The notes under the pieces were generated by a model that did no database searches, was not told where the DNA came from, and worked only from the letters and a program-made list of their open reading frames with translations. 32,000 nucleotides of DNA from Tundrisphaera lichenicola (GTDB lineage: Bacteria; Planctomycetota; Planctomycetia; Isosphaerales; Isosphaeraceae), in assembly GCF_051175385.1 (NCBI RefSeq), contig NZ_CP195106.1, forward strand, positions 1,658,562 through 1,690,561, read 5' to 3'. Each line of letters starts with the position of its first letter. Within the stretch, counting starts at the first letter, position 1. The translations under genes were made by a program, and so were the position numbers. Shown here one piece after another: positions 1 to 8,805 of this stretch.

Positions 1-212
1 TCGGCCCGATGACCGGCCCCTTGGCGGGAGCATTTCCGGCTTTACAATAAAGGATAGATTGAAGTTTCTTCGGCCAGGAGTGCCCGTAAATCTTCCGCCT
101 CGAAAATCGGGGGCGTGACCCGTTGGACCCCGCGCGGCGTACGGTGGATAGAGCGAGACGTTCAGAAGAGCCCCAGACCGGGATAGACCCGGTCGCCGTC
201 GGAGTCGACCGC

Positions 213-2744
213 ATGTATGAGCGCTTCACCGACCGTGCTCGCAAGGTGATGCAACTGGCCAATCAAGAGGCCCAGCGATTCAACCACGAGTACGTCGGAA
301 CCGAACACGTCTTGCTTGGATTGGTCAAGGAAGGCAGCGGAGTTGCCGCGAACGTATTGAAGAATCTCGACGTGGATCTGCGCAAGATCCGGGTCGAGGT
401 CGAGAAGATCGTCCAATCGGGCCCGGATATGGTGACGATGGGGAAACTTCCCCAGACTCCCCGGGCCAAGAAGGTGATCGAGTACGCGATCGAGGAAGCC
501 CGCAACCTGAATCATAATTACGTGGGGACCGAACACCTCCTGCTCGGACTTCTGCGAGAGCAGGAGGGCGTGGCCGCACAGGTGTTGATGAACCTCAATT
601 TGAAGCTCGAAGAAGTGCGCGAGGAGGTGCTCAACTTGCTCGGTCACGGGATGGACGCTGGCGGCGGTGGGGGAAGTGAAGGGGGAGAGCGCGCCGCCTC
701 AAAGGGAGGAAAGTCCAAGACCCCCGCCTTGGACTCTTTCGGTCGCGACCTGACCGACCTGGCCCGGCAAAGCAAGCTGGATCCGGTCATCGGCCGCCAG
801 AATGAAATCGAGCGGGTCGTACAGATCCTCTCACGCCGCCAGAAGAATAATCCGGTTCTCCTCGGAGAAGCCGGGGTCGGCAAGACAGCGATCGTCGAGG
901 GGCTGGCCCAGATGATCATCGAGGGGAACGTCCCCGAACTGCTCCGAGACCGCCGGATCGTCGTGCTCGACCTCGCCATGATGGTCGCCGGCACGAAGTA
1001 TCGCGGCCAGTTCGAGGAGCGGATCAAGGCCGTCATGAACGAGGTCCGTCGGGCCAAGAACACCATCCTGTTCATCGACGAGCTTCATACGCTCGTCGGG
1101 GCCGGCGGGGCCGAAGGGGCGATCGACGCCTCCAACGTCCTCAAGCCCGCCCTGGCTCGCGGCGAGGTCCAGTGCATCGGCGCGACCACGCTCGACGAGT
1201 ACCGGAAGTACATCGAGAAGGACGGGGCCCTCGAGCGACGATTTCAGACCATCGTGGTCGAGCCGCCCAGCAAGTCCGAAGCCCTGGAGATCCTCCGGGG
1301 GCTTCGCGACCGTTACGAGTCGCACCACCGGGTCCAGATCACCGACGAGGCGCTCGAAGCCGCCATCGAGATGTCCGATCGGTACATCACCGGTCGGTGC
1401 CTTCCCGACAAGGCGATCGACGTCATCGACGAGGCCGGAGCCCGAGTACGCCTCAAGGCCATGACCCGCCCGCCCGACCTGAAAGATCTCGACGACCAGA
1501 TCGAACGGCTCAATCAGGACAAGGAAGAGGCCGTCGCCAATCAGGACTTCGAGCGGGCCGCGGCCCTCCGGGACCAGGCCGATAAGCTCAAGAAGAAAAA
1601 AGAGACCATCAACCGCGAGTGGCGCGAGCGCTCCAAGGAAGTTGATGGGACGGTCGATGAGGAGGTCGTCGCCGAGGTCGTCAGCAAGATGACCGGCGTA
1701 CCGTTGACCCGACTGGAGGCCGAGGAGACGGCCCGACTGATCGCGATGGAGAAGGAGCTTCAGAAGAAGGTTATCTCCCAGTCCGAGGCGATCAAGCGGA
1801 TCAGCCAGGCCGTCCGCCGAAGCCGGGCCGGCCTGAAAGACCCCAAGAAGCCGATCGGCTCGTTCGTCTTCGCCGGCCCGACCGGCGTCGGCAAGACCTT
1901 GCTCGCCAAGAGCCTGGCCGAGTTCATGTTCGGCAACGCCGACGCCCTGATCCAGATCGACATGTCCGAGTACATGGAGAAGCACAACGTCTCCCGGCTG
2001 ATCGGGGCCCCTCCGGGCTACGTCGGCTACGAGGAGGGCGGTCAGCTCACCGAGAAGATCCGCCGACGTCCTTACGCGGTGCTCCTGCTCGACGAGATCG
2101 AGAAGGCCCACCCCGACGTCTACAACATGCTCCTCCAGATCATGGAAGAAGGCCGGCTGACCGACAGCTTCGGTCGGAACGTTGACTTCAAGAACACCAT
2201 CATCATCATGACGACCAACGCCGGGGCCGAGACCGGCGCGACCAACACGTTCGGCTTCCCCGGGAGTCGCGACGATGCCAAGTCCTATGAGAAGATGAAG
2301 GAAGACTTCACCGGATCGATCCAGAAGTACTTCCGTCCCGAGTTCCTCAACCGGCTGGACGACATCATCGTCTTCCACAGCCTGAACCGAGATAACCTCA
2401 AGGAGATCATCGACATCGAGCTGTCGAAGGTCCGGGGCCGGCTCCGCGATCGCGGCCTGGAACTGCTACTCACGCCCGAGGCCGAGGAACTCCTGATCGA
2501 CAAGGGCTTCAACCCCGAATATGGGGCCCGGCCGCTTCGCCGGTCGATCGAGAATTTGATCGAGGACCCGCTCTCGGAGGACATCCTGAGCGGCAAGTAC
2601 AAGGGCAGCAGCACGATTGCCGTCCGGGCCGAGGGCGAAGGGAGCGAACGTCGACTCGTCTTCGAGCCTGTCCAGAAATCCGAGACCGAACTGACCGCTG
2701 TCGGTGGGGGTTCCGAACCCTCCGCCGGCAATCCGAAGTCCTGA
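213..2744 (+). CDS. clpC: ATP-dependent Clp protease ATP-binding subunit ClpC (class III AAA+ chaperone)
   Basis: Lies in ORF 123..2744. The conserved ClpC N-terminus [23 protein letters not shown] begins at ATG 213. It has two Clp_N repeats and two AAA+ modules with Walker A motifs GEAGVGKT and GPTGVGKT. The D2 small domain includes YGARPLRR. The 30 codons upstream, from TTG 123, look like read-in. Confidence 0.95.
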   Translation: MYERFTDRARKVMQLANQEAQRFNHEYVGTEHVLLGLVKEGSGVAANVLKNLDVDLRKIRVEVEKIVQSGPDMVTMGKLPQTPRAKKVIEYAIEEARNLNHNYVGTEHLLLGLLREQEGVAAQVLMNLNLKLEEVREEVLNLLGHGMDAGGGGGSEGGERAASKGGKSKTPALDSFGRDLTDLARQSKLDPVIGRQNEIERVVQILSRRQKNNPVLLGEAGVGKTAIVEGLAQMIIEGNVPELLRDRRIVVLDLAMMVAGTKYRGQFEERIKAVMNEVRRAKNTILFIDELHTLVGAGGAEGAIDASNVLKPALARGEVQCIGATTLDEYRKYIEKDGALERRFQTIVVEPPSKSEALEILRGLRDRYESHHRVQITDEALEAAIEMSDRYITGRCLPDKAIDVIDEAGARVRLKAMTRPPDLKDLDDQIERLNQDKEEAVANQDFERAAALRDQADKLKKKKETINREWRERSKEVDGTVDEEVVAEVVSKMTGVPLTRLEAEETARLIAMEKELQKKVISQSEAIKRISQAVRRSRAGLKDPKKPIGSFVFAGPTGVGKTLLAKSLAEFMFGNADALIQIDMSEYMEKHNVSRLIGAPPGYVGYEEGGQLTEKIRRRPYAVLLLDEIEKAHPDVYNMLLQIMEEGRLTDSFGRNVDFKNTIIIMTTNAGAETGATNTFGFPGSRDDAKSYEKMKEDFTGSIQKYFRPEFLNRLDDIIVFHSLNRDNLKEIIDIELSKVRGRLRDRGLELLLTPEAEELLIDKGFNPEYGARPLRRSIENLIEDPLSEDILSGKYKGSSTIAVRAEGEGSERRLVFEPVQKSETELTAVGGGSEPSAGNPKS

Positions 2745-2762
2745 TCGAAACCGATCGAATGA

Positions 2763-2804
2763 CCGACGGGCCGGGCGAGAGAATCCTCTCGCCCGGCCCG
2801 TCGG
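2763..2804. terminator. Long perfect stem-loop between convergent clpC and the TPR gene (candidate bidirectional terminator)
   Basis: Positions 2763..2781 pair perfectly with 2786..2804, giving a 19-bp GC-rich stem with loop AATC. It starts 19 nt after the clpC stop and ends 22 nt before the TPR gene stop. Only short T runs flank it. Confidence 0.7.
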
Positions 2805-2826
2805 CTTTCGAAGGTTTGCCGGATCT

Positions 2827-4095
2827 TCAACGAGGCGGCTCGGGTCCGGTCCGTGCTGGAGCCGATCCCTTGTCAACGAGCCGCCCCCGAGCGTCATCGA
2901 CGGACTGCCGGACGGGGTCGAGCCCAGCTTCGTCGGCGAGTCGGCCGGCCTTGTCGAGTCGTCCCATTGCCCGCTCTTTGTCCCCTGCCAGTCGGTCGGC
3001 GTCGGCCGTCAGGATCAGGATGCGGACCTGCTCGGGAAGATCATTGGGGAAGGCCTGGCGGACCAGTCCGACGGCCTCATCCAGGATCTCCGAGGCGGCT
3101 TTCCAGTCGCCCTTTCGGCCCTGGACCTGGGCCAGCCGAACTCGAGCCTCGACCTCGCGTTCGCGGTCGTCGGCATCTCGTGCTTTGTCTACTGCCTTCC
3201 GGGCCGTTTCTAGTGCCTCACCAACCCGACCGGAGTCCAGGAGCAAGCCCGCGATTGCGGTCAAGTCTTCGGCGAGAGATCCGCCGTCTTCGAGGTGTTC
3301 GTGCAGTTTGGCGGCTTCGAGGAATCGGGCCAGGGCCGGTTCGGGTCGCCCCAGGAGGATTAAGGTTGAACCGACCAGGGTCTCCATCCACGCGGCTTCC
3401 GCAGCTCGTCCCTGGTCTTCGAAAAGGATCTGGGCATCGGAGAACCGTTCCAACGCGAGTGAGGGATGATTTAATGAAGTCTCGACCTGGCCGGCGATCG
3501 CCCAGGCATTGGCCAATCGTTCCTTGTCGCCCAGTTCCCCCGCTAGTGCGATCGAGCGGGCGATATGGGATTGAGCGGCTTCGGCCTCACCTATTTCGAT
3601 CAAGGCCCGGGTCATGACCAGCCGGGCGTCGGCTTCATGGTCGTGGTCGACAGCCTGCGTTAACAAGGGGAAGCAACGTTCGAGGCTTGCGATTCCATCT
3701 TCGATCCGACCTAATCGCATCTGACCCTTGGCGATCAGGAAGTCGTCGTACCCGGCGTATCCGGGATCTTCTCGCTTCAAGTCGAGGCCCCGGGCTTCCT
3801 TCCAGGAATCGATGGCCGACTCGTCGTCCCCCAACTCCGCCTGGCAGACGCCGATCGCCCGCAAGGCATAGGCTTCGTAACGAACATCGCCGAGAGCGGC
3901 CCGCGAGGCACGCTCGGCTCGATAGATCGCCATAGCGGGCTCCCATTCGCCCCGCTTGAAAAGCCGATCGGCCTCGGCCGCCTGACCCGCAGCCTCCGAC
4001 TCGACCCGCTGCTTATCGAGGACCTGCGCGGGGAGAGGACCGTGATGGAACAGACCGACGAGAAGCGCCCCTCCGAAGATCACGACGCGGTGCAT
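2827..4095 (-). CDS. TPR-repeat protein with N-terminal signal-like hydrophobic segment
   Basis: 422-aa ORF starting at ATG 4095, with AGGAGG 7 nt upstream on the minus strand. The N-terminus MHRVVIFGGALLVGLF is hydrophobic. Ala/Leu/Gly/Arg-rich helical repeats typical of TPR run throughout. It lies 33 nt downstream of the MMPL gene on the same strand. Confidence 0.8.
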   Translation of the reverse strand: MHRVVIFGGALLVGLFHHGPLPAQVLDKQRVESEAAGQAAEADRLFKRGEWEPAMAIYRAERASRAALGDVRYEAYALRAIGVCQAELGDDESAIDSWKEARGLDLKREDPGYAGYDDFLIAKGQMRLGRIEDGIASLERCFPLLTQAVDHDHEADARLVMTRALIEIGEAEAAQSHIARSIALAGELGDKERLANAWAIAGQVETSLNHPSLALERFSDAQILFEDQGRAAEAAWMETLVGSTLILLGRPEPALARFLEAAKLHEHLEDGGSLAEDLTAIAGLLLDSGRVGEALETARKAVDKARDADDREREVEARVRLAQVQGRKGDWKAASEILDEAVGLVRQAFPNDLPEQVRILILTADADRLAGDKERAMGRLDKAGRLADEAGLDPVRQSVDDARGRLVDKGSAPARTGPEPPR

Positions 4096-4128
4096 CGTGT
4101 TGCCTCCTGAAGTGGACCAAGGCGTAAT

Positions 4129-6495
4129 TCAGGGGGTCGTACTGCTGGTCACCTCGGCCGGGTCGTGCACGATCGGCTCGTTGTCCGTTCCCTGACGGGC
4201 CTTGAACCGATGGATCAAGACCACGAACGCCGGTACAAGGATCGGTCGGACGATGAAGGTGTCCAGGAGAACTCCCAGGCCCAGGGCGAAGCCGAGTTCC
4301 TTCAGGGCGGTGAGGCTTCCGGTGATCATAGAGCCGAAGGTCCCGGCCATGATCAGACCACAGGAGCTGATGATTCCGCCGGTGTGCATCACCGCTTGCC
4401 GGGTCCCTTCGATCGGCCCATGTTTCTTCTCCTCCTCGATCACCCGAGCCATTAGGAAGATGTTGTAATCTTCTCCCACGGCCACGAGGATCACGAACAG
4501 GAAGAAGCTGACCTTCCAGTCGAGCCCCACCCAGGGGTCGGGACCGTCATGGATCGCCCGGAAGAATAGTTCGGTGATCCCGAGCGAGGCGAGGTACCCC
4601 AGGACGACGGTGGCGATCAAGTACAGGCAGATCCAGGGCCTCCGGAGTAGGAGGACGAGGATGACGTAGACGCCCAGCGTTACCAGCCAGTACATCCGCT
4701 GCTCGTCCTTGGTGGTCACCTCCTTGAGGTCGGCCACCATGGCGGTTGAACCCGATAGGCCTGTCGCTTTCAGGCCATCCAGTGGTCCACCGGGACGACT
4801 CGCTTCCTCGATCACTCGTCGGACTTCCTGGAGCGTTCTCAAACTGTCGGCGGAGAAGGGATCCGCCTTGAAAATCAGGTCGAGCCTGGTGATGTGATCC
4901 AGGTCGGCGGGATTGGCCGGGTCGGTCGAGACGTACCGAGGATCAACAAAGGGTCGCCGGACCATGTCGGCGATCCTTTCCTGAAAACTCTCCGGCGATA
5001 CCCCGAGCGGCCTGGAAATCGATCGGACCTCGGAGACCCTGTCCAGGGCCGCCAGGCTCTTGCTCAGCTGCTCGATCGCGCCCCGGCCCTTATCGGAGCG
5101 GAAGTTGATCCCGGGGTGTTCGAACAGGACGGTCGTCGGGCCGAGTTCCCCGGCCGCGAAGTATTTTCGGACCAGCTTCGATCCGATGATGCTGGGCTGA
5201 TCGGGGCTCAAGTCGGTGAGCTGGCTATAATTAGAAGTGGTCCGCGCCCCCAGGATGGCGAAAGGTATGAGCGCCGCGATGCTGACCGAGAGGATCAGGC
5301 CGGGCTTTCGGATGACAACCGAGGCAATCTTTCCCCAGGTGACCGAGAGAGGAATTTGGGCCAAACTCTCCTCGTCCGGGTCGCCACCCTTCTCATGGTG
5401 CGGCGGGACGAAAGGGAAGAAGACGGCGCCTCGGAGCCAGTGAAGGAGGACCGGTGCTAGCGTGAGGGCGGCCAGGAGGCCGATGGCCAGACTCAGGGCG
5501 ATCGCCGGGCCGGTGTACTGGATCTTGGCGAAACTGGAGAACCAGAGCATCCCCAGGCCGACGATCACCGTACCCGCACTTGCGACCAGCGCCCCGCCGA
5601 CCTGCTCGATCGCCTCGCGGAGCGCCTCGGGGCCGGATCGGCCTCGGGCCAGCTCTTCACGGTAGCGGGCGATCAGGAACAGGCAATAATCGGTCCCCGC
5701 GCCGAAGAGTACGACGATCACGAAGATATTGGTGATGTTGATCACCTGGAACTGAAGTCCCGGGATCAACGTCAGGGATGCAATCGCCTTGAGTGAGACC
5801 TGGACCGAGAGGGCGATCGTCAGGAGCGGCAGCAGCGCCAGTAAAGGGGACTTGTAGACGATCAGAAGGATCACGACCACCAGCAGGATCGTTGCCCAGG
5901 TCGTCTGGGATACGCTGGCAATCGCCGCCCGATTCATGTCGTGCCCGACAGCCGCCGATCCGGTCATCTCAAGTCTGAGCCCGACCGGAGGTTTCTCGAA
6001 GCCAGCCACCAAGACCTGGAGCCGGTCCATCGCGATCCGAGTCTGTTTGGCGATGTATGTCCCATTGAGCGAGACCAGGACCAGTGTCGCCTCACCTTTC
6101 CCGTCCGAAGATCCCCCGATCAGTCGAGGGCCGAGGATCGGCACTCGATAGTCGACTACCTGCTTGATCCCGATGCTCGGATCATCACGCTTGAGCTGGG
6201 TCAGGGCCTGAGAGAGGGCCACCACATGATTGTAGTCGGCTCGAGTCAACTTGCCGTCGGACCGCTCGGCGATCAAGACGGCTTGAGAACTGGCCGCATC
6301 CTTGGGAAACCCGCGATTCAAGAGCGACTGGCCGATGACGCTCGGATAGCCGGCGGGGAAGAAGTTGACATCATCATCCTTGGTCACCGATTCCCACTTC
6401 GGTGCAATAAGGAAGAGGATCGCCGTGACGACCACCCAACCTGCGATGATGATCCAGCCCCGGGTATTGACCAGCCTGGCGAGCGAATGAAACAT
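4129..6495 (-). CDS. MMPL-family (RND superfamily) membrane transporter
   Basis: ORF 4129..6534. It shows two blocks of multiple TM helices, each preceded by a large soluble loop, which is MMPL architecture. The typical N-terminus MFHSLARLVNTRGWIIIAGW starts at ATG 6495. TTG 6534 is an alternative start. Confidence 0.9.
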   Translation of the reverse strand: MFHSLARLVNTRGWIIIAGWVVVTAILFLIAPKWESVTKDDDVNFFPAGYPSVIGQSLLNRGFPKDAASSQAVLIAERSDGKLTRADYNHVVALSQALTQLKRDDPSIGIKQVVDYRVPILGPRLIGGSSDGKGEATLVLVSLNGTYIAKQTRIAMDRLQVLVAGFEKPPVGLRLEMTGSAAVGHDMNRAAIASVSQTTWATILLVVVILLIVYKSPLLALLPLLTIALSVQVSLKAIASLTLIPGLQFQVINITNIFVIVVLFGAGTDYCLFLIARYREELARGRSGPEALREAIEQVGGALVASAGTVIVGLGMLWFSSFAKIQYTGPAIALSLAIGLLAALTLAPVLLHWLRGAVFFPFVPPHHEKGGDPDEESLAQIPLSVTWGKIASVVIRKPGLILSVSIAALIPFAILGARTTSNYSQLTDLSPDQPSIIGSKLVRKYFAAGELGPTTVLFEHPGINFRSDKGRGAIEQLSKSLAALDRVSEVRSISRPLGVSPESFQERIADMVRRPFVDPRYVSTDPANPADLDHITRLDLIFKADPFSADSLRTLQEVRRVIEEASRPGGPLDGLKATGLSGSTAMVADLKEVTTKDEQRMYWLVTLGVYVILVLLLRRPWICLYLIATVVLGYLASLGITELFFRAIHDGPDPWVGLDWKVSFFLFVILVAVGEDYNIFLMARVIEEEKKHGPIEGTRQAVMHTGGIISSCGLIMAGTFGSMITGSLTALKELGFALGLGVLLDTFIVRPILVPAFVVLIHRFKARQGTDNEPIVHDPAEVTSSTTP

Positions 6496-6645
6496 TTGCG
6501 AGGTCGTATCCGTGAGACGGCCGGTCAGGGACAACTAAATGGGTTGGGGAACCTGGGAAGTTCTGGCGAAGAGGCCGGCTCGAAATATCGGTTCTATCGT
6601 CGCACATTAATGAAACGTTCGATCGAAGTCAAAGCGAATCGTTCC

Positions 6646-6654
6646 GTCGGAGCA
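6646..6654. repeat. Target-site duplication, left copy (GTCGGAGCA)
   Basis: The exact 9-mer GTCGGAGCA abuts the IS end here and recurs at 8110..8118 abutting the other end. The boundary is ambiguous by 2 nt (CC), so the duplication could be up to 11 bp. Confidence 0.75.
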
Positions 6655-8109
6655 GGGTGTGACCAGGGATTCTTGGGTTTCACGCCGCCCGGTTCCAGAA
6701 TAGGTCCCACTGATCGGTCTGACGGCAGCAGATCAGGGCGGCCATGGCTCGGGCGTTCTTGTGCCGCCAGCGGGCCCCGCGAGCTTTCAGCCTCAGACCC
6801 AGGGTCTTCGCCGCACCCTCCACCACCCCGCTTCCGATCGCATCGCCGGACGCCAGGCGGCCCGCGTAGTCGAGCCGCGTCAGGTGGCCCAGGAAGTAGT
6901 TCAGCAGTCGCTCCAGGGCCCCCCGCCTCTTCGGTGTGTCCTCGCGTTCCAGTTCCTCGCCGATCAGCCGGCAAACTCCCGTCCAACCTTCCCTCAGCAG
7001 TAACTCACGGCCGTGCTCGTGGAACGTGGTCGCCTCGGCTGTCCCTTCGCCAAAGAGCCGCTTGCCGGCGAGGGCGATGTGCTGGCTGGCGTGGTAGATA
7101 TCCAGGGTCTGGCGGCACCCGGTCAGGGCCCGGCCGGCCGCCTTCCAGATCCATGACGCCCCGTCCCCCAGCACGTGCAGCCGGGCCATCGCCGGCAGGC
7201 CCAGCCGCTTCAGCCGCGCGTGCCAGGACCGGCGGAATCGCCGGGATGCCGAGATGTCGGCCCACATCACTCGGGCGGTAGCCTTGGGCAAGACGCGCGA
7301 CTCCCACTGCTGGGGGGTCGCCGGTTTGGCCGTCGGTCGCTTCTGGGCTACGGCGATCTTCAGGTCGCGCCAGCCCTTCTCACGGGTGTTGACCTTGCCG
7401 GCGTCGACGGCGAACTCCCAGCCACCTCCGGCCTTTCCGAAGCCCTCGGCCGAGGCGGTCTCGGTGCCCTGCCAACGCGCGATCCGGCTGGCCTGACGTT
7501 CGCAATAGACCCGCAGGGTCTCGGCCGCCGGCGAGACGCCGAGCAGCTCGAGCAGGTTCTCGCGGGCCCGCTCGAAGGACAGGTCGGCGGCACTACGGCA
7601 GGCCTTGCGTTGCAATCGAGGGCTGAGGCCGCCGTCGAGCCCGAGGACGGTATCGGCGTGATAGCCTCCCGGCACGCAAGGGCATCGCGAGCCCCACCAG
7701 TGCCGCCTCAAGGTGATCGCCCCCAGGCAGGTGAAGACCTCGCGCGTGGCGGTCCCGCGATTCTCGCGAACCTGTCCACAGGAACAGATCCTCAGGGGAG
7801 CCCCTTTTTCTCGGCGTGCTCGAGCCGAGCCCGGACGGCGCGTTGGAGGAGCCGACGCTGGTGCTCGCGACCCTGTTCGATGACGGCCTCCTCGCAGACG
7901 TCGAGGACCGAGCCATCGGGGGTGGTGGCGGCGAGATCCTTCATCTCGCCGACGAAGCCGGCGTAGCCGCGAATCAGATCCTCGTCCTCGGCCTCGATCT
8001 CCAGGGTGATCACCTTCCGTGTCATGGCGGAACTCCGGGTGTCGGGTTCAAGAAGTCCACCCAATTTGCCAGGACGGACGATTCACCACCAGAGAACTTG
8101 GTTACACCC
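6655..8109 (-). mobile_element. ISKra4-family-like insertion sequence, 1455 bp
   Basis: Terminal inverted repeats are GGGTGTGACCAG (6655..6666) and the reverse complement of 8098..8109, GGGTGTAACCAA (10 of 12 match, with weaker similarity further in). A 9-bp direct repeat flanks it. It holds one transposase reading frame pair with the motifs LGDGASWIWK and TLDIYHASQH, which I recognise from ISKra4-type transposases. Confidence 0.8.
6680..8025 (-). pseudogene. ISKra4-like transposase interrupted by a -1 frame change (ORFs 7792..8025 and 6680..~7807)
   Basis: The N-terminal ORF starts at ATG 8025 (MTRKVITLEIE...) and ends ...HAEKKGLP-stop at 7792. The -1 frame reads on as GAPLRICSCGQVRENRGTATREVFTCLGAITLRRHWWGSRCPC..., continuous with the 343-aa ORF 6680..7711. 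The TTG start listed for that ORF is an artefact. A fused product would be about 448 aa. Confidence 0.7.
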
Positions 8110-8118
8110 GTCGGAGCA
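8110..8118. repeat. Target-site duplication, right copy (GTCGGAGCA)
   Basis: Identical 9-mer to 6646..6654, immediately outside the IS terminus. Confidence 0.75.
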
Positions 8119-8242
8119 TTTCGAGTCATTGCTCGCTTTTCGCCGTTACAATCCTTGCCGGGTGACGTAATATGATTGAGAAGTCACCCCGCACCGTCTT
8201 TGCGGGGAATCGAACCACTCCCTGGAAGGGCCGATTTCACCC

Positions 8243-8632
8243 GTGTCCGCCACATCAGTCCGTGAACTCACACGACTCTGGAATGGTCGCCTGGCTCATT
8301 ATCGACGACACCGCAACGAAGAGCATCTCGAAGCGTTGACGACCGAAGCGCTTCGCTTCTCGGGCTTTCACCTTGAGAACGACCTCTCGTCCTCACCCTA
8401 TTGGTCGAAGGCACCGCTCGCTCGACGGGTGGCGCTCTTGCTCTTCCTGATGGATCGTGGGGTCGTTGATCGCGTGATCCACGAGGGTCGAGTCGCCTTC
8501 GAAGCCCGGCCCGACGCTGCATCCTGGGCCGCTTCTCAGCCTTCGATGGCCTCCTATCTGGTTCCCACGCTGGAATTCATCGCAGCCCTTCAGCTCGACC
8601 CATCTCGACGTACCCGCTCTACGAATAACTGA
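8243..8632 (+). CDS. Hypothetical protein (129 aa)
   Basis: GTG-initiated ORF with plausible codon usage and no family motif that I recognise. It lies between the IS and the convergent formate dehydrogenase gene. Competing antisense ORFs look less protein-like. Confidence 0.45.
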   Translation: MSATSVRELTRLWNGRLAHYRRHRNEEHLEALTTEALRFSGFHLENDLSSSPYWSKAPLARRVALLLFLMDRGVVDRVIHEGRVAFEARPDAASWAASQPSMASYLVPTLEFIAALQLDPSRRTRSTNN

Positions 8633-8764
8633 GCTGAGCGTAGGCCCCCCTATTACCCACGATGCTTGCGTGGACACCCCACCGAGTTTCGACTCTTGGA
8701 GGTCCAGGATCCGGTTCGCGGCCTGGATCAATGCGGGGGCCAAGATCTTTTTCCGGAACGTCCA

Positions 8765-8791
8765 GCTCACCTCGCTTGATTCGAAGTGAGC
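8765..8791 (-). terminator. Stem-loop 15 nt downstream of the formate dehydrogenase stop codon
   Basis: Minus-strand RNA GCUCACUUCG-AAUCAAG-CGAGGUGAGC forms a 10-bp stem (one G-U pair) with a 7-nt loop. No clear U tract follows. Confidence 0.45.
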
Positions 8792-8805
8792 CGGACGGAC
8801 GGATA

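Noticed and set aside
123-212. 30-codon N-terminal extension of clpC from TTG 123.
   Set aside because: The conserved ClpC N-terminus starts exactly at ATG 213, and the extension has no counterpart in the family as I know it.
831-2378. 515-aa ORF antisense to clpC, with similar long antisense or out-of-frame ORFs at 13250..14149, 15615..16919, 17067..17876, 17898..18698, 21013..21720, 22008..22724, 25683..26306 and 28264..29142.
   Set aside because: Each lies entirely inside a gene with strong family motifs on the other strand or in another frame. Their translations are Arg/Gly/Pro/Asp-rich low-complexity sequence, typical of stop-poor alternative frames in GC-rich DNA.
5941-7281. 446-aa plus-strand ORF spanning the MMPL 5' end, the spacer and part of the IS.
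   Set aside because: It crosses the IS boundary defined by the target-site duplication and is antisense to two well-supported genes. Its composition is Arg/Pro/Ser/Gly-rich.
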